From Candidatus Eiseniibacteriota bacterium (GTDB lineage Bacteria; Eisenbacteria; RBG-16-71-46), in the NCBI GenBank assembly GCA_044223005.1, contig JBGAML010000017.1, forward strand, positions 1 through 64,000: 64,000 nt of DNA. The letters are read 5' to 3'. Made by a program: the position numbers and the translations under genes. The notes beneath the pieces are model-generated. The model made no database searches and was not told the DNA's origin. It worked only from the letters and a program-made list of their open reading frames with translations. This document shows positions 1-9,030 of this stretch, piece by piece; the first letter of the stretch is position 1, and every line of letters begins with the position of its first letter.

Positions 1-3000
1 GGCGGCGACACGAACCCGGGCAACAACCGCGCGTCGGATACCACGCCGGTCTCGACGCCCCAGGTGACCGACCTGACGATCGCGAAGACGCACTCGGCAC
101 CGTTCGTCGTCGGCGCCAACGGTGAGTACACGATCACCGTCACGAACGTCGGAACGCTCTCGAGCAGCGGCACGATCACGGTACGCGACACGCTCCCTGC
201 CGGGCTCACTTACGTGAGCGGTGCGGGCAATGGCTGGACGGTCTCGGCGGTCGGCAACATCGTGACCGCGACGACCTCCGCGGTCCTGGCGCCGACCGCG
301 TCGTCGGCCTTCACGATCACGGTCGCGGTCGACGCTGCGGCGATTCCGCAGGTCACGAACTACGCGACGGTCTCGGGCGGCGGCGACACGAACCCGGGCA
401 ACAACCGCGCTTCGGATACGACGCCGGTCTCGACGCCCCAGGTGACCGATCTCACGATCGCCAAGACGCATGGTGCGCCGTTCGTGGTCGGCTCGAATGG
501 CACGTACACGATCACGGTGTCCAATGTCGGCACGCTGGCGAGCTCGGGCACGATCACCGTGCGCGACACGCTGCCTGCCGGGCTCACGTACGTGAGCGGC
601 GCGGGCAATGGCTGGACGGTCTCGGCGGTCGGCAACATCGTGACCGCGACGACCTCCGCGGTCCTGGCGCCGAGCGGTTCATCCGCGTTCACGATCACGG
701 TCGCGGTCGACGCTGCGGCGATTCCGCAGGTCACGAACTACGCGACGGTCTCGGGTGGTGGCGACACGAACCCGGGCAACAACCGCGCTTCGGATACGAC
801 GCCGGTCTCGACGCCCCAGATGACCGATCTCACGATCGCCAAGACGCATGGTGCGCCGTTCGTCGTCGGCGCCAACGGCGAGTACACGATCACGGTGTCG
901 AACGTCGGCACGCTCGCGAGCTCGGGCACGATCACGGTGCGCGACACGTTGCCGGCCGGACTCACCTATGTGAGCGGCGCGGGCAATGGCTGGACGGTCT
1001 CGGCGGCGGGCAACATCGTCACCGCGACGACCTCCGCGGTCCTGGCGCCGAGCGGTTCGTCCGCGTTCACGATCACGGTCGCGGTCGACGCTGCGGCAGT
1101 GCCGCAGGTGACGAACTACGCGACGGTGTCCGGTGGCGGCGACACGAACCCCGGGAACAACCGCGCGTCGGATACCACGCCGGTCTCGACGCCCCAGGTG
1201 ACCGACCTGACGATCGCGAAGACGCACGGTGCACCGTTCGTCGTCGGCGCCAACGGTGAGTACACGATCACCGTCACGAACGTCGGAACGCTCTCGAGCA
1301 CGGGCTTCATCACGGTGCGCGACACGCTTCCGGCCGGGCTGTCGTACGTGAGCAGCGCGGGCAGCGGCTGGACGATCAACGCCGTCGGCAACATCGTCAC
1401 GGCCTCGACGTCGACGCTCCTCGCGCCCAGCGCTTCCTCTGCCTTCACGCTGACGGTCGCCGTCAGTGCGCCGGCAGTGCCGCAGGTGACGAACTACGCG
1501 ACGGTGTCCGGTGGCGGCGACACGAACCCCGGGAACAACCGCGCGTCCGACACGACGCCGGTCTCGACGCCCCAGGTGACCGACCTGACGATCGCGAAGA
1601 CGCACGCCGCGCCGTTCGTGGTCGGCTCGAACGGCACGTACACGATCACGGTGTCCAACGTCGGCACGCTCGCGAGCTCGGGCACGATCACGGTGCGCGA
1701 CACGCTCCCGGCCGGGCTCACGTACGTCAGCGGCGCGGGCAATGGCTGGACGGTCTCGGCGGTCGGCAACATCGTCACCGCGACGACCTCCGCGGTCCTG
1801 GCGCCGAGCGGTTCGTCCGCGTTCACGATCACGGTCGCGGTCGACGCTGCGGCGGTGCCGCAGGTGACGAACTACGCGACGGTGTCCGGTGGCGGCGACA
1901 CGAACACCGGGAACAATCGCGCGTCGGATACGACGCCGGTCTCGACGCCGCAGGTCACCGATCTGACCATCGCGAAGACGCACGCTGCGCCGTTCGCGGT
2001 CGGCTCCAACGGCGAGTACACGATCACGGTGTCGAACGTCGGCACGCTCGCGAGCTCGGGCACGATCACGGTGCGCGACACGCTTCCGGCCGGGCTGTCG
2101 TACGTGAGCAGCGCGGGCAACGGCTGGACGGTCTCGGCGGTCGGCAGCATTGTCACCGCGACGACGTCGACCGTACTGGCGCCCAGCGCTTCCTCGGCCT
2201 TCACGCTGACAGTCGCCGTCAGTGTGCCGGCGATCCCGCAGGTGACGAACTACGCGACGGTGTCCGGTGGCGGCGACACGAACCCCGGCAACAACCGCGC
2301 GTCCGACACGACGCCGGTCTCGACGCCGCAGGTCACCGATCTGACCATCGCGAAGACGCACGCTGCGCCGTTCGTGGTCGGCTCCAACGGCGAGTACACG
2401 ATCACGGTGTCGAACGTCGGCACGCTCGCGAGCTCGGGCACGATCACGGTGCGCGACACGCTTCCGGCCGGGCTGTCGTACGTGAGCAGCGCGGGCAGCG
2501 GCTGGACGGTCTCGGCGGTCGGCAGCATTGTCACCGCGACGACCTCCACGAGCCTGGCGCCCAACGCCTCCTCGGCCTTCACGCTGACGGTCGCCGTCAG
2601 TGTGCCGGCGATCCCGCAGGTGACGAACTACGCGACGGTGTCCGGTGGCGGCGACACGAACCCCGGCAATAACCGCGCGTCGGACACGACGCCGGTCTCG
2701 ACGCCGCAGGTCACCGATCTGACCATCGCGAAGACGCACGCTGCGCCGTTCGTGGTCGGCTCCAACGGTGAGTACACGATCACGGTGTCCAACGTCGGCA
2801 CGCTGGCGAGCAGCGGCACGATCACCGTGCGTGACACGCTCCCCGCCGGGCTCACGTACGTGAGCGGTGCGGGCAATGGCTGGACGGTCTCGGCGGTCGG
2901 CAACATCGTCACCGCGACGACCTCCGCGGTTCTGGCGCCGAGCGCGTCGTCCGCGTTCACGATCACGGTCGCGGTCGACGCTGCGGCGGTGCCGCAGGTG

Positions 3001-6000
3001 ACGAACTACGCGACGGTATCCGGTGGCGGCGACACGAACCCCGGCAATAACCGCGCGTCGGACACGACGCCGGTCTCGACGCCGCAGGTCACCGATCTGA
3101 CCATCGCGAAGACGCACGCGGCGCCGTTCGTGGTCGGCTCCAACGGTGAGTACACGATCACGGTGTCCAACGTCGGCACGCTGGCGAGCAGCGGCACGAT
3201 CACCGTGCGCGACACGCTCCCGGCCGGGCTCACATACGTGAGCGGCGCGGGCAATGGCTGGACGGTCTCGGCGGTCGGCAACATCGTCACCGCGGCGACC
3301 TCCGCGGTCCTCGCGCCGAGCGGTTCGTCCGCGTTCACGATCACGGTCGCGGTCGACGCTGCGGCGATCCCGCAGGTGACGAACTACGCGACGGTGTCCG
3401 GTGGCGGCGACACGAACCCCGGGAACAACCGCGCGTCCGACACGACGCCGGTCTCGACCCCGCAGGTGACCGATCTCACGATCGCGAAGACGCACGCCGC
3501 GCCGTTCGTGGTCGGCTCGAATGGCACGTACACGATCACGGTGTCCAACGTCGGCACGCTGGCGAGCTCGGGCACGATCACCGTGCGCGACACGCTGCCT
3601 GCCGGGCTCACGTACGTGAGCGGTGCGGGCAATGGCTGGACGGTCTCGGCGGCGGGCAACATCGTCACCGCGACGACCTCCACGAGCCTGGCGCCCAACG
3701 CCTCGAGCGCCTTCACGGTCACCGTCGCCGTCGCGGCCGCGGCGTACCCCGAGGTCGTCAATCACGCCACCGTCTCGGGTGGCGGCGACACGAACCCCGG
3801 CAACAATCGCGCGACCGACACCACGCCGGTGCCTGGCGCCGCGGACCTCACGCTGCGCAAGGTGCACGACGGCGACTTCGTGGTCGGCCGCGACGCCTCG
3901 TACCGCATCACCGTGACCAACGTCGGCCGCACGGCCTCGGCGGGCACGATCACCGTGCGCGACACGCTACCCGCGGGCCTCACCTACGTCTCGGCCTCGG
4001 GCAACGGCTGGTCGTTCAGCAACGCCGGCAGCATCATCACCGGCCAGACGCCGGCCGTCCTCACGGCGGGCGCGAGCTCCTTCTTCACGCTCACCGTGCA
4101 CGTCGACGCCGTCGCAGTCCCGCAGGTGATCAACTTCGCGACCGTGTCCGGTGGCGGCGACACCTACCCCGGCAACAACCGCGGTTCGGACACGACGTTG
4201 GTCGGTACGGCCGGCGCGCTCGACATCCAGAAGAACGTCACGCCGGCCGAGGTGACGATCGGCGAGATCGCGCAGTACTCGATCCGCGTCAAGAACACCG
4301 GCGGCACCACGCTCCGCGACGTCCACGTCGACGACCGGCTGCCCACCGGCCTGCGCTACGTGAGCAGCTCGGCCCGCCTCGACGGCCGTCGGATCCCGGA
4401 TCCGGCAGGCGCGCCGGGGCCGTCGCTGCGCTTCGCGATCGGCAACCTCACCCCGGGGCAGCAGCGCGAACTGCGCTACCAGGTCGTCGTCGGCGCCGGC
4501 GCCGAACTCGGCACGGGCGTCAACGTCGCCATCGCGTCCGCACCCGACGACTCCACGACCACGCCGGTGACGCCGGGGCCGCACTCGCCCATCGCGACCG
4601 CGAAGGTGCGCGTGCTGCAGGGGCCATTCGGCGACGAAGGCATCGTCTTCGGCAAGCTGTTCGCCGACTGCGACTGCGACACGAACGGCGTGCAGGGCGC
4701 CGAGGAGCTCGGCATTCCCGGCGTCCGCCTCGTTCTCGAGGACGGCACGTCCGCCGTCACCGACGCCGAAGGCAAGTACTCCTTCCAGCACGTGCGTCCG
4801 CGCCTGCACGTCCTGCGGGTCGACCGCACGACGCTGCCCGCGGACGTCGTCCTCAAGCCTGTCGGAAACCGCAGCGCGCTCGACGGCTACAGCCAGTTCG
4901 TCGACCTGAAGCGCGGCGAGTTCCACCGCGCCGACTTCGCGGATCGCGCCTGCACGCCCACGAGCCACGCCGCCATCGTGGCGCGCCGCGCCGTGGGCGA
5001 AGTGCGCGGCGCGATGGTCGAAGGCCTGGCGCCGGTGCACGCCGGCGAACCGGTCGCGGCCGGCGACACGCCGATCGCGCTCGTGCCCTCGCGCGCCGAG
5101 GTTCCCGCCGACGGCACCTCCGAGCTCCCCGTGCGCCTGCACGCGGCGGCTTCCGGACACGGCCCCGCGACGCTCGAGAGTACGGCCGGCACGTGGCTCG
5201 TGACCGACGAGGATCCGCGCACGCCGGGCGTCCAGGTGACGCTCGACGGCAGCGATCGCATCGTCTCGCTGCGCGCTCCGCGCCAGGCGGGCCCCGTGCG
5301 CATGCGCTTCACCGACGGCGAACGGCAGGACAGCGCCACCGTGCTGTTCTCGCCCGCGCGCCACTCGCTGCTCCTCTCGGGCGTGATCGACGGCTCGCTG
5401 CAGCGCCGCTCGCTCCGCACCACCGAGGTCTGCACGAGCTGCCGCGACGACTTCGAGGATCCGCTCGGCGACATCGCGTTCCGCGACGACGACGGCCGTA
5501 CGCGCGGCGCCGCGCGCGGTGCGCTCTACCTCCAGGGTGCCCTCCCCGGCGACGTCGGGCTGACCGTGCGCTACGACACGGAGCACGACGCGACGCTGCG
5601 GCGCTTCCGCGACATCCGTCCGCTCGAGGGCTACGACGTGCTCGGCGACGCGTCGGTGCACACGTACGACGCGCAGTCGAGCAGCCGCCTCTACGCCCGC
5701 GTCGACCGCGGCGCGTCGTACGCGCTGTTCGGCGACTTCAACACGCCGAACTCCGACCTGCGCCAGCTCGGCGCCTTCACCCGCAGCCTGAACGGCGGCG
5801 CGGCCCAGGTGCAGACGGGCCTGCTGCACGTCACCGGCTTCGGCACGCAGGCGCGCGCCCACCAGGTTGTCGACGAACTCGCGGGCCGTGGCGTCTCGGG
5901 CCCCTACACGCTCTCGCACGGCGACGGCCAGCTCGGCACCGAGCAGGTCGAGATCCTCGTGCGCGACCGCAACCAGCCCTCGCGCATCCTCCGCCGCACG

Positions 6001-8976
6001 CCGATGACGCGGTTCACCGACTACACGCTCGAACCCTTCACGGGCCGGCTCCTCTTCCGCCAGCCGGTCCCGAGTGTCGACGCCGACCTGAACCCGGTGT
6101 CGGTGCGCGTGACGTACGAACTCGAGGCGGGCGGCACCGGCTACGGTGTCTATGGTGGCGAACTGACACTGACGCCCACCGACCGCATCGCGATCGGCGT
6201 GTCCGCCGCGCGCGACGAGGATCCGACGGCGTCGCGCTCCATCGCCAGCGCGCAGGCGCGACTGCGTCCGCTCGCGGGCCTGCTGCTCGAGGGCGAAGTC
6301 GCGCACAGCGACTCCGCCGGAGCGCTGTTCGACGGCGCGCGCAAGGCCCAGGCGTGGCGGGCCAACGCGGGCTACGTGGCGCACGGCCTGTCGCTGCGCT
6401 CCTACGTGCTGCGCACGGACGAAGGCTTCGACAACGCGTCGTCCGGCGTGGTGCCAGGCCGCGAGGAGCTGGGCGGCGACGCGCGCGTCGAGTTCGGCCC
6501 CAACGCGGTGTTCGGCCGTGCCCTGCGTACGCGCGACCTGGCGACCGATGGCCGCCGCGACGGCGTCGAGGCGGGCCTCGGCCGTCGTTTCGGATCGGTG
6601 TCGCTCGAGGGCGCGTGGCGCTGGGCGCACGAGACGAGCACGCCGGCTTCTCCGCTGACGCTCGGCGCGACGCCACTCGACGTGTCGTCGTTGCGTGGCC
6701 GCATCGGTGCCCCGGTCGCGGGCCTGCCGAAGAGCAACGTGTTCGCCGAGTACGAGAAGGACCTGCAGGAATCGACGCAGGATCGCTGGGCGCTGGGTGG
6801 CGACCTGCAGGTGGCGCCGCGCACGCGGCTCTACGCGCGGCACGAGAACATCGCGTCGTTCGCGGGACCGTTCGCGCTCAACCCGCAGCAGGAGCAGGCC
6901 TCCACGGCGGTCGGCTGGTCGAGCGACGAACTGCGCGACGGTTCGGTGTTCGGCGAGTACCGCGCGCGCGATGCATTCGCCGGCCGCGACGTGCAGGCCG
7001 CGATGGGCCTGCGCGAGCGCTGGCAGCCGGCCGTGGGCACGCGGCTCGACGGCAGCCTCGAACACGTCGAGGTGATCCGCGGCGGCTCGGGCAGTTCGAC
7101 GGCCGTCACGGGCGGCGTCGAGTACACCGCCGACCCGCTCTGGAAGGGCACCGCGCGGCTCGAGTTCCGCACGCAGTCACGCGCGGACCAGTGGTTGGGC
7201 TCCGCCGGCGTCGCGCGCAAGCTCGCGCGCGACTGGACGGCGCTGGCGCGCAGCACGTGGTACGTCACGCCGGGCGAGCAGCGCACCACCGCCGCATCGC
7301 AGCTCGGCGTCGCGTGGCGGCAGACCGACCGCAACCACTGGGACGGCCTCGCGCGCTACGAGAACCAGCTCGACCGCCTCGGCTCGGGCGATGCTCCGTA
7401 CCGCCGCGTGGCGCACGTGGTCGCGGGCGACCTCAACTGGCACCCGGTCCCGGCGTGGACGCTGAGCGGCCAGGCCGCGTCGCGCTGGGCACTCTCGGAG
7501 CTCGACGGCGTGCACCAGTGGACCGACGCGCAGCTCGTCGGCGGCCGCGCGACGGTCGATCTCCTGCCGCGTCTCGACGCGGGCGTGATCGGGCGCGGGC
7601 TGTTCACGGATCACGGCACGTCGCGGCGCTCGGGCCTGGGCGCCGAGGTCGGCGTCGTGGTCGCGCGCAACCTGCGCGTCGCCGGCGGCTACAACGTGTT
7701 CGGCTTCCGCTCGCAGGACATGGCGGGCGCCGACTGCACGGATCGCGGCCCGTACGTGCGCATGGGCCTCAAGTTCGACGAGGGCCTGCTGGGCCTGTTC
7801 GGCCGCCACGCCGAGCGCCCCGCGGTCTCCACGGCACCTCTGGTCGACGTCGCGGACGCGATCGCGGCGGCCGCCGCCCGTGCGCTCGCGTTGCGGGACG
7901 CACCGCTCACGACCTCGCTGACGCCGCTGCGGCGCCGGACGACGGACGCGGGCATCGCCGGGGACCTCGCGACGATCGACGCGTGGCGCAACCGCCTCGA
8001 GGCGCTGCCCGGCGCCGCGCAGGATCCGTGGCGCGCGACCGCCGCTCGCGAGTGGCTCGCGACGGCGCGCCAGGAGTACACGGACGACGACGAGACCGTC
8101 TTCCCGCAGGTGGCGCTGGAGCACGCCGCGACGCTGGTGAAGGCGATCGCCGACGGAGCGAAGCCGGTCGACTCCCGCACGGTGCCGCAGGCGTACGCAC
8201 CCGAGGGCTCGTCGCTCGTGCACGAGGACCTCTGGCGCGAGCTCGAGCGCATGAAGCGGGATCCCGGCTTCGCGTGCGCGGCCGAGGAACTCGCGAAGAT
8301 GGAAGTGGCGCTCGCGCTCGCGGGCAACGAGGCGCTGGACCAGGGCGACTGCTCGACCGAGCCGCTCGTGGACCAGGCGCGCCGGCTCGCCTCCGACGCG
8401 AAGGCGAAGGAAGCCGCGTGCGGAACGCCTCCGGCGCCGCCCACGCCTCCCGTTCCGCCGACGCCCGCTCCGTGGACGCCTCCCGCGCCGCCGGCGGAGA
8501 GCTTCGACCTCGAGCGCAACGTGCACTTCGCGTTCGACCGCTGCGAGCTGAGCGAGGAGTCGCGCCGCGTGATCGCAGCGATGGCCGACGTGCTGAAGAA
8601 GCATCCAGGCATGCGCGTGCGGCTGTACGGGCACACGGACATCCGCGGCACCGACGGCTACAACATGGGCCTCGCGGCCTGCCGCATCTGCTCGGTGCGC
8701 TCCGAGCTGCTGTCGCTCGGCGTGCGCGAAGACCAGGTGTCGGGCGACCCGCGCGGCAAGCGCGAGCTGCTCACTCCCGAGCGTTCCATCCAGGGCCATG
8801 CGCGCAACCGCCGCGTCGAGATGATCCTGCTCGACGAGAACGACCGCGTGATCGACACGAAGCCCCAGGAACGCGACCTGCAGTTGGAGACGGTACATCC
8901 GCGCGGCTGGCGCGGGCACCGGCCGGCGGCGGAGTCGTTCCCCGAGCGCCGCTGGACGGACTGCGGCCGCCCCTAG
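1..8976 (+). CDS. Giant surface/outer-membrane protein (5' end outside window): >=12 DUF11-type repeats, SdrD-B-like domain, predicted beta-barrel, helical domain, Pro-rich linker, OmpA-like C-terminal domain
   Basis: Frame is open from base 1 (GGDTNPGNNRASDTTPVSTPQ). Repeats DLTIAKT...YTITVSNVG...VRDTLPAGLTYVS; GKLFADCDCDTNGVQGAEELGIPGVRL (SdrD-B-like); VHFAFD...GHTDIRGTDGYNMGL...NRRVE (OmpA). Confidence 0.9.
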   Translation, partial: GGDTNPGNNRASDTTPVSTPQVTDLTIAKTHSAPFVVGANGEYTITVTNVGTLSSSGTITVRDTLPAGLTYVSGAGNGWTVSAVGNIVTATTSAVLAPTASSAFTITVAVDAAAIPQVTNYATVSGGGDTNPGNNRASDTTPVSTPQVTDLTIAKTHGAPFVVGSNGTYTITVSNVGTLASSGTITVRDTLPAGLTYVSGAGNGWTVSAVGNIVTATTSAVLAPSGSSAFTITVAVDAAAIPQVTNYATVSGGGDTNPGNNRASDTTPVSTPQMTDLTIAKTHGAPFVVGANGEYTITVSNVGTLASSGTITVRDTLPAGLTYVSGAGNGWTVSAAGNIVTATTSAVLAPSGSSAFTITVAVDAAAVPQVTNYATVSGGGDTNPGNNRASDTTPVSTPQVTDLTIAKTHGAPFVVGANGEYTITVTNVGTLSSTGFITVRDTLPAGLSYVSSAGSGWTINAVGNIVTASTSTLLAPSASSAFTLTVAVSAPAVPQVTNYATVSGGGDTNPGNNRASDTTPVSTPQVTDLTIAKTHAAPFVVGSNGTYTITVSNVGTLASSGTITVRDTLPAGLTYVSGAGNGWTVSAVGNIVTATTSAVLAPSGSSAFTITVAVDAAAVPQVTNYATVSGGGDTNTGNNRASDTTPVSTPQVTDLTIAKTHAAPFAVGSNGEYTITVSNVGTLASSGTITVRDTLPAGLSYVSSAGNGWTVSAVGSIVTATTSTVLAPSASSAFTLTVAVSVPAIPQVTNYATVSGGGDTNPGNNRASDTTPVSTPQVTDLTIAKTHAAPFVVGSNGEYTITVSNVGTLASSGTITVRDTLPAGLSYVSSAGSGWTVSAVGSIVTATTSTSLAPNASSAFTLTVAVSVPAIPQVTNYATVSGGGDTNPGNNRASDTTPVSTPQVTDLTIAKTHAAPFVVGSNGEYTITVSNVGTLASSGTITVRDTLPAGLTYVSGAGNGWTVSAVGNIVTATTSAVLAPSASSAFTITVAVDAAAVPQVTNYATVSGGGDTNPGNNRASDTTPVSTPQVTDLTIAKTHAAPFVVGSNGEYTITVSNVGTLASSGTITVRDTLPAGLTYVSGAGNGWTVSAVGNIVTAATSAVLAPSGSSAFTITVAVDAAAIPQVTNYATVSGGGDTNPGNNRASDTTPVSTPQVTDLTIAKTHAAPFVVGSNGTYTITVSNVGTLASSGTITVRDTLPAGLTYVSGAGNGWTVSAAGNIVTATTSTSLAPNASSAFTVTVAVAAAAYPEVVNHATVSGGGDTNPGNNRATDTTPVPGAADLTLRKVHDGDFVVGRDASYRITVTNVGRTASAGTITVRDTLPAGLTYVSASGNGWSFSNAGSIITGQTPAVLTAGASSFFTLTVHVDAVAVPQVINFATVSGGGDTYPGNNRGSDTTLVGTAGALDIQKNVTPAEVTIGEIAQYSIRVKNTGGTTLRDVHVDDRLPTGLRYVSSSARLDGRRIPDPAGAPGPSLRFAIGNLTPGQQRELRYQVVVGAGAELGTGVNVAIASAPDDSTTTPVTPGPHSPIATAKVRVLQGPFGDEGIVFGKLFADCDCDTNGVQGAEELGIPGVRLVLEDGTSAVTDAEGKYSFQHVRPRLHVLRVDRTTLPADVVLKPVGNRSALDGYSQFVDLKRGEFHRADFADRACTPTSHAAIVARRAVGEVRGAMVEGLAPVHAGEPVAAGDTPIALVPSRAEVPADGTSELPVRLHAAASGHGPATLESTAGTWLVTDEDPRTPGVQVTLDGSDRIVSLRAPRQAGPVRMRFTDGERQDSATVLFSPARHSLLLSGVIDGSLQRRSLRTTEVCTSCRDDFEDPLGDIAFRDDDGRTRGAARGALYLQGALPGDVGLTVRYDTEHDATLRRFRDIRPLEGYDVLGDASVHTYDAQSSSRLYARVDRGASYALFGDFNTPNSDLRQLGAFTRSLNGGAAQVQTGLLHVTGFGTQARAHQVVDELAGRGVSGPYTLSHGDGQLGTEQVEILVRDRNQPSRILRRTPMTRFTDYTLEPFTGRLLFRQPVPSVDADLNPVSVRVTYELEAGGTGYGVYGGELTLTPTDRIAIGVSAARDEDPTASRSIASAQARLRPLAGLLLEGEVAHSDSAGALFDGARKAQAWRANAGYVAHGLSLRSYVLRTDEGFDNASSGVVPGREELGGDARVEFGPNAVFGRALRTRDLATDGRRDGVEAGLGRRFGSVSLEGAWRWAHETSTPASPLTLGATPLDVSSLRGRIGAPVAGLPKSNVFAEYEKDLQESTQDRWALGGDLQVAPRTRLYARHENIASFAGPFALNPQQEQASTAVGWSSDELRDGSVFGEYRARDAFAGRDVQAAMGLRERWQPAVGTRLDGSLEHVEVIRGGSGSSTAVTGGVEYTADPLWKGTARLEFRTQSRADQWLGSAGVARKLARDWTALARSTWYVTPGEQRTTAASQLGVAWRQTDRNHWDGLARYENQLDRLGSGDAPYRRVAHVVAGDLNWHPVPAWTLSGQAASRWALSELDGVHQWTDAQLVGGRATVDLLPRLDAGVIGRGLFTDHGTSRRSGLGAEVGVVVARNLRVAGGYNVFGFRSQDMAGADCTDRGPYVRMGLKFDEGLLGLFGRHAERPAVSTAPLVDVADAIAAAAARALALRDAPLTTSLTPLRRRTTDAGIAGDLATIDAWRNRLEALPGAAQDPWRATAAREWLATARQEYTDDDETVFPQVALEHAATLVKAIADGAKPVDSRTVPQAYAPEGSSLVHEDLWRELERMKRDPGFACAAEELAKMEVALALAGNEALDQGDCSTEPLVDQARRLASDAKAKEAACGTPPAPPTPPVPPTPAPWTPPAPPAESFDLERNVHFAFDRCELSEESRRVIAAMADVLKKHPGMRVRLYGHTDIRGTDGYNMGLAACRICSVRSELLSLGVREDQVSGDPRGKRELLTPERSIQGHARNRRVEMILLDENDRVIDTKPQERDLQLETVHPRGWRGHRPAAESFPERRWTDCGRP
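64..3843 (+). repeat. Ten tandem 378-bp (126-aa) intragenic DUF11 repeats, plus a partial unit at 1-63
   Basis: Units start at 64, 442, 820, 1198, 1576, 1954, 2332, 2710, 3088 and 3466; more divergent units follow at ~3844 and ~4219. Confidence 0.97.
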
Positions 8977-9030
8977 GCCGCGCCACGATGCGAGGGGCCG
9001 GATCCGCCGTTCGGGACGGGTTCGGCCCCT

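Noticed and set aside
99..1242. ACCGTTCGTC matches inside the DUF11 repeats as LytTR sites
   Set aside because: They encode APFVV, are single rather than paired at 21 bp, and are not upstream of a gene.
1..3843. Regular repeats as a CRISPR array or non-coding repeat
   Set aside because: The 378-bp period is in frame, many differences are synonymous, there are no unique spacers and no cas genes.
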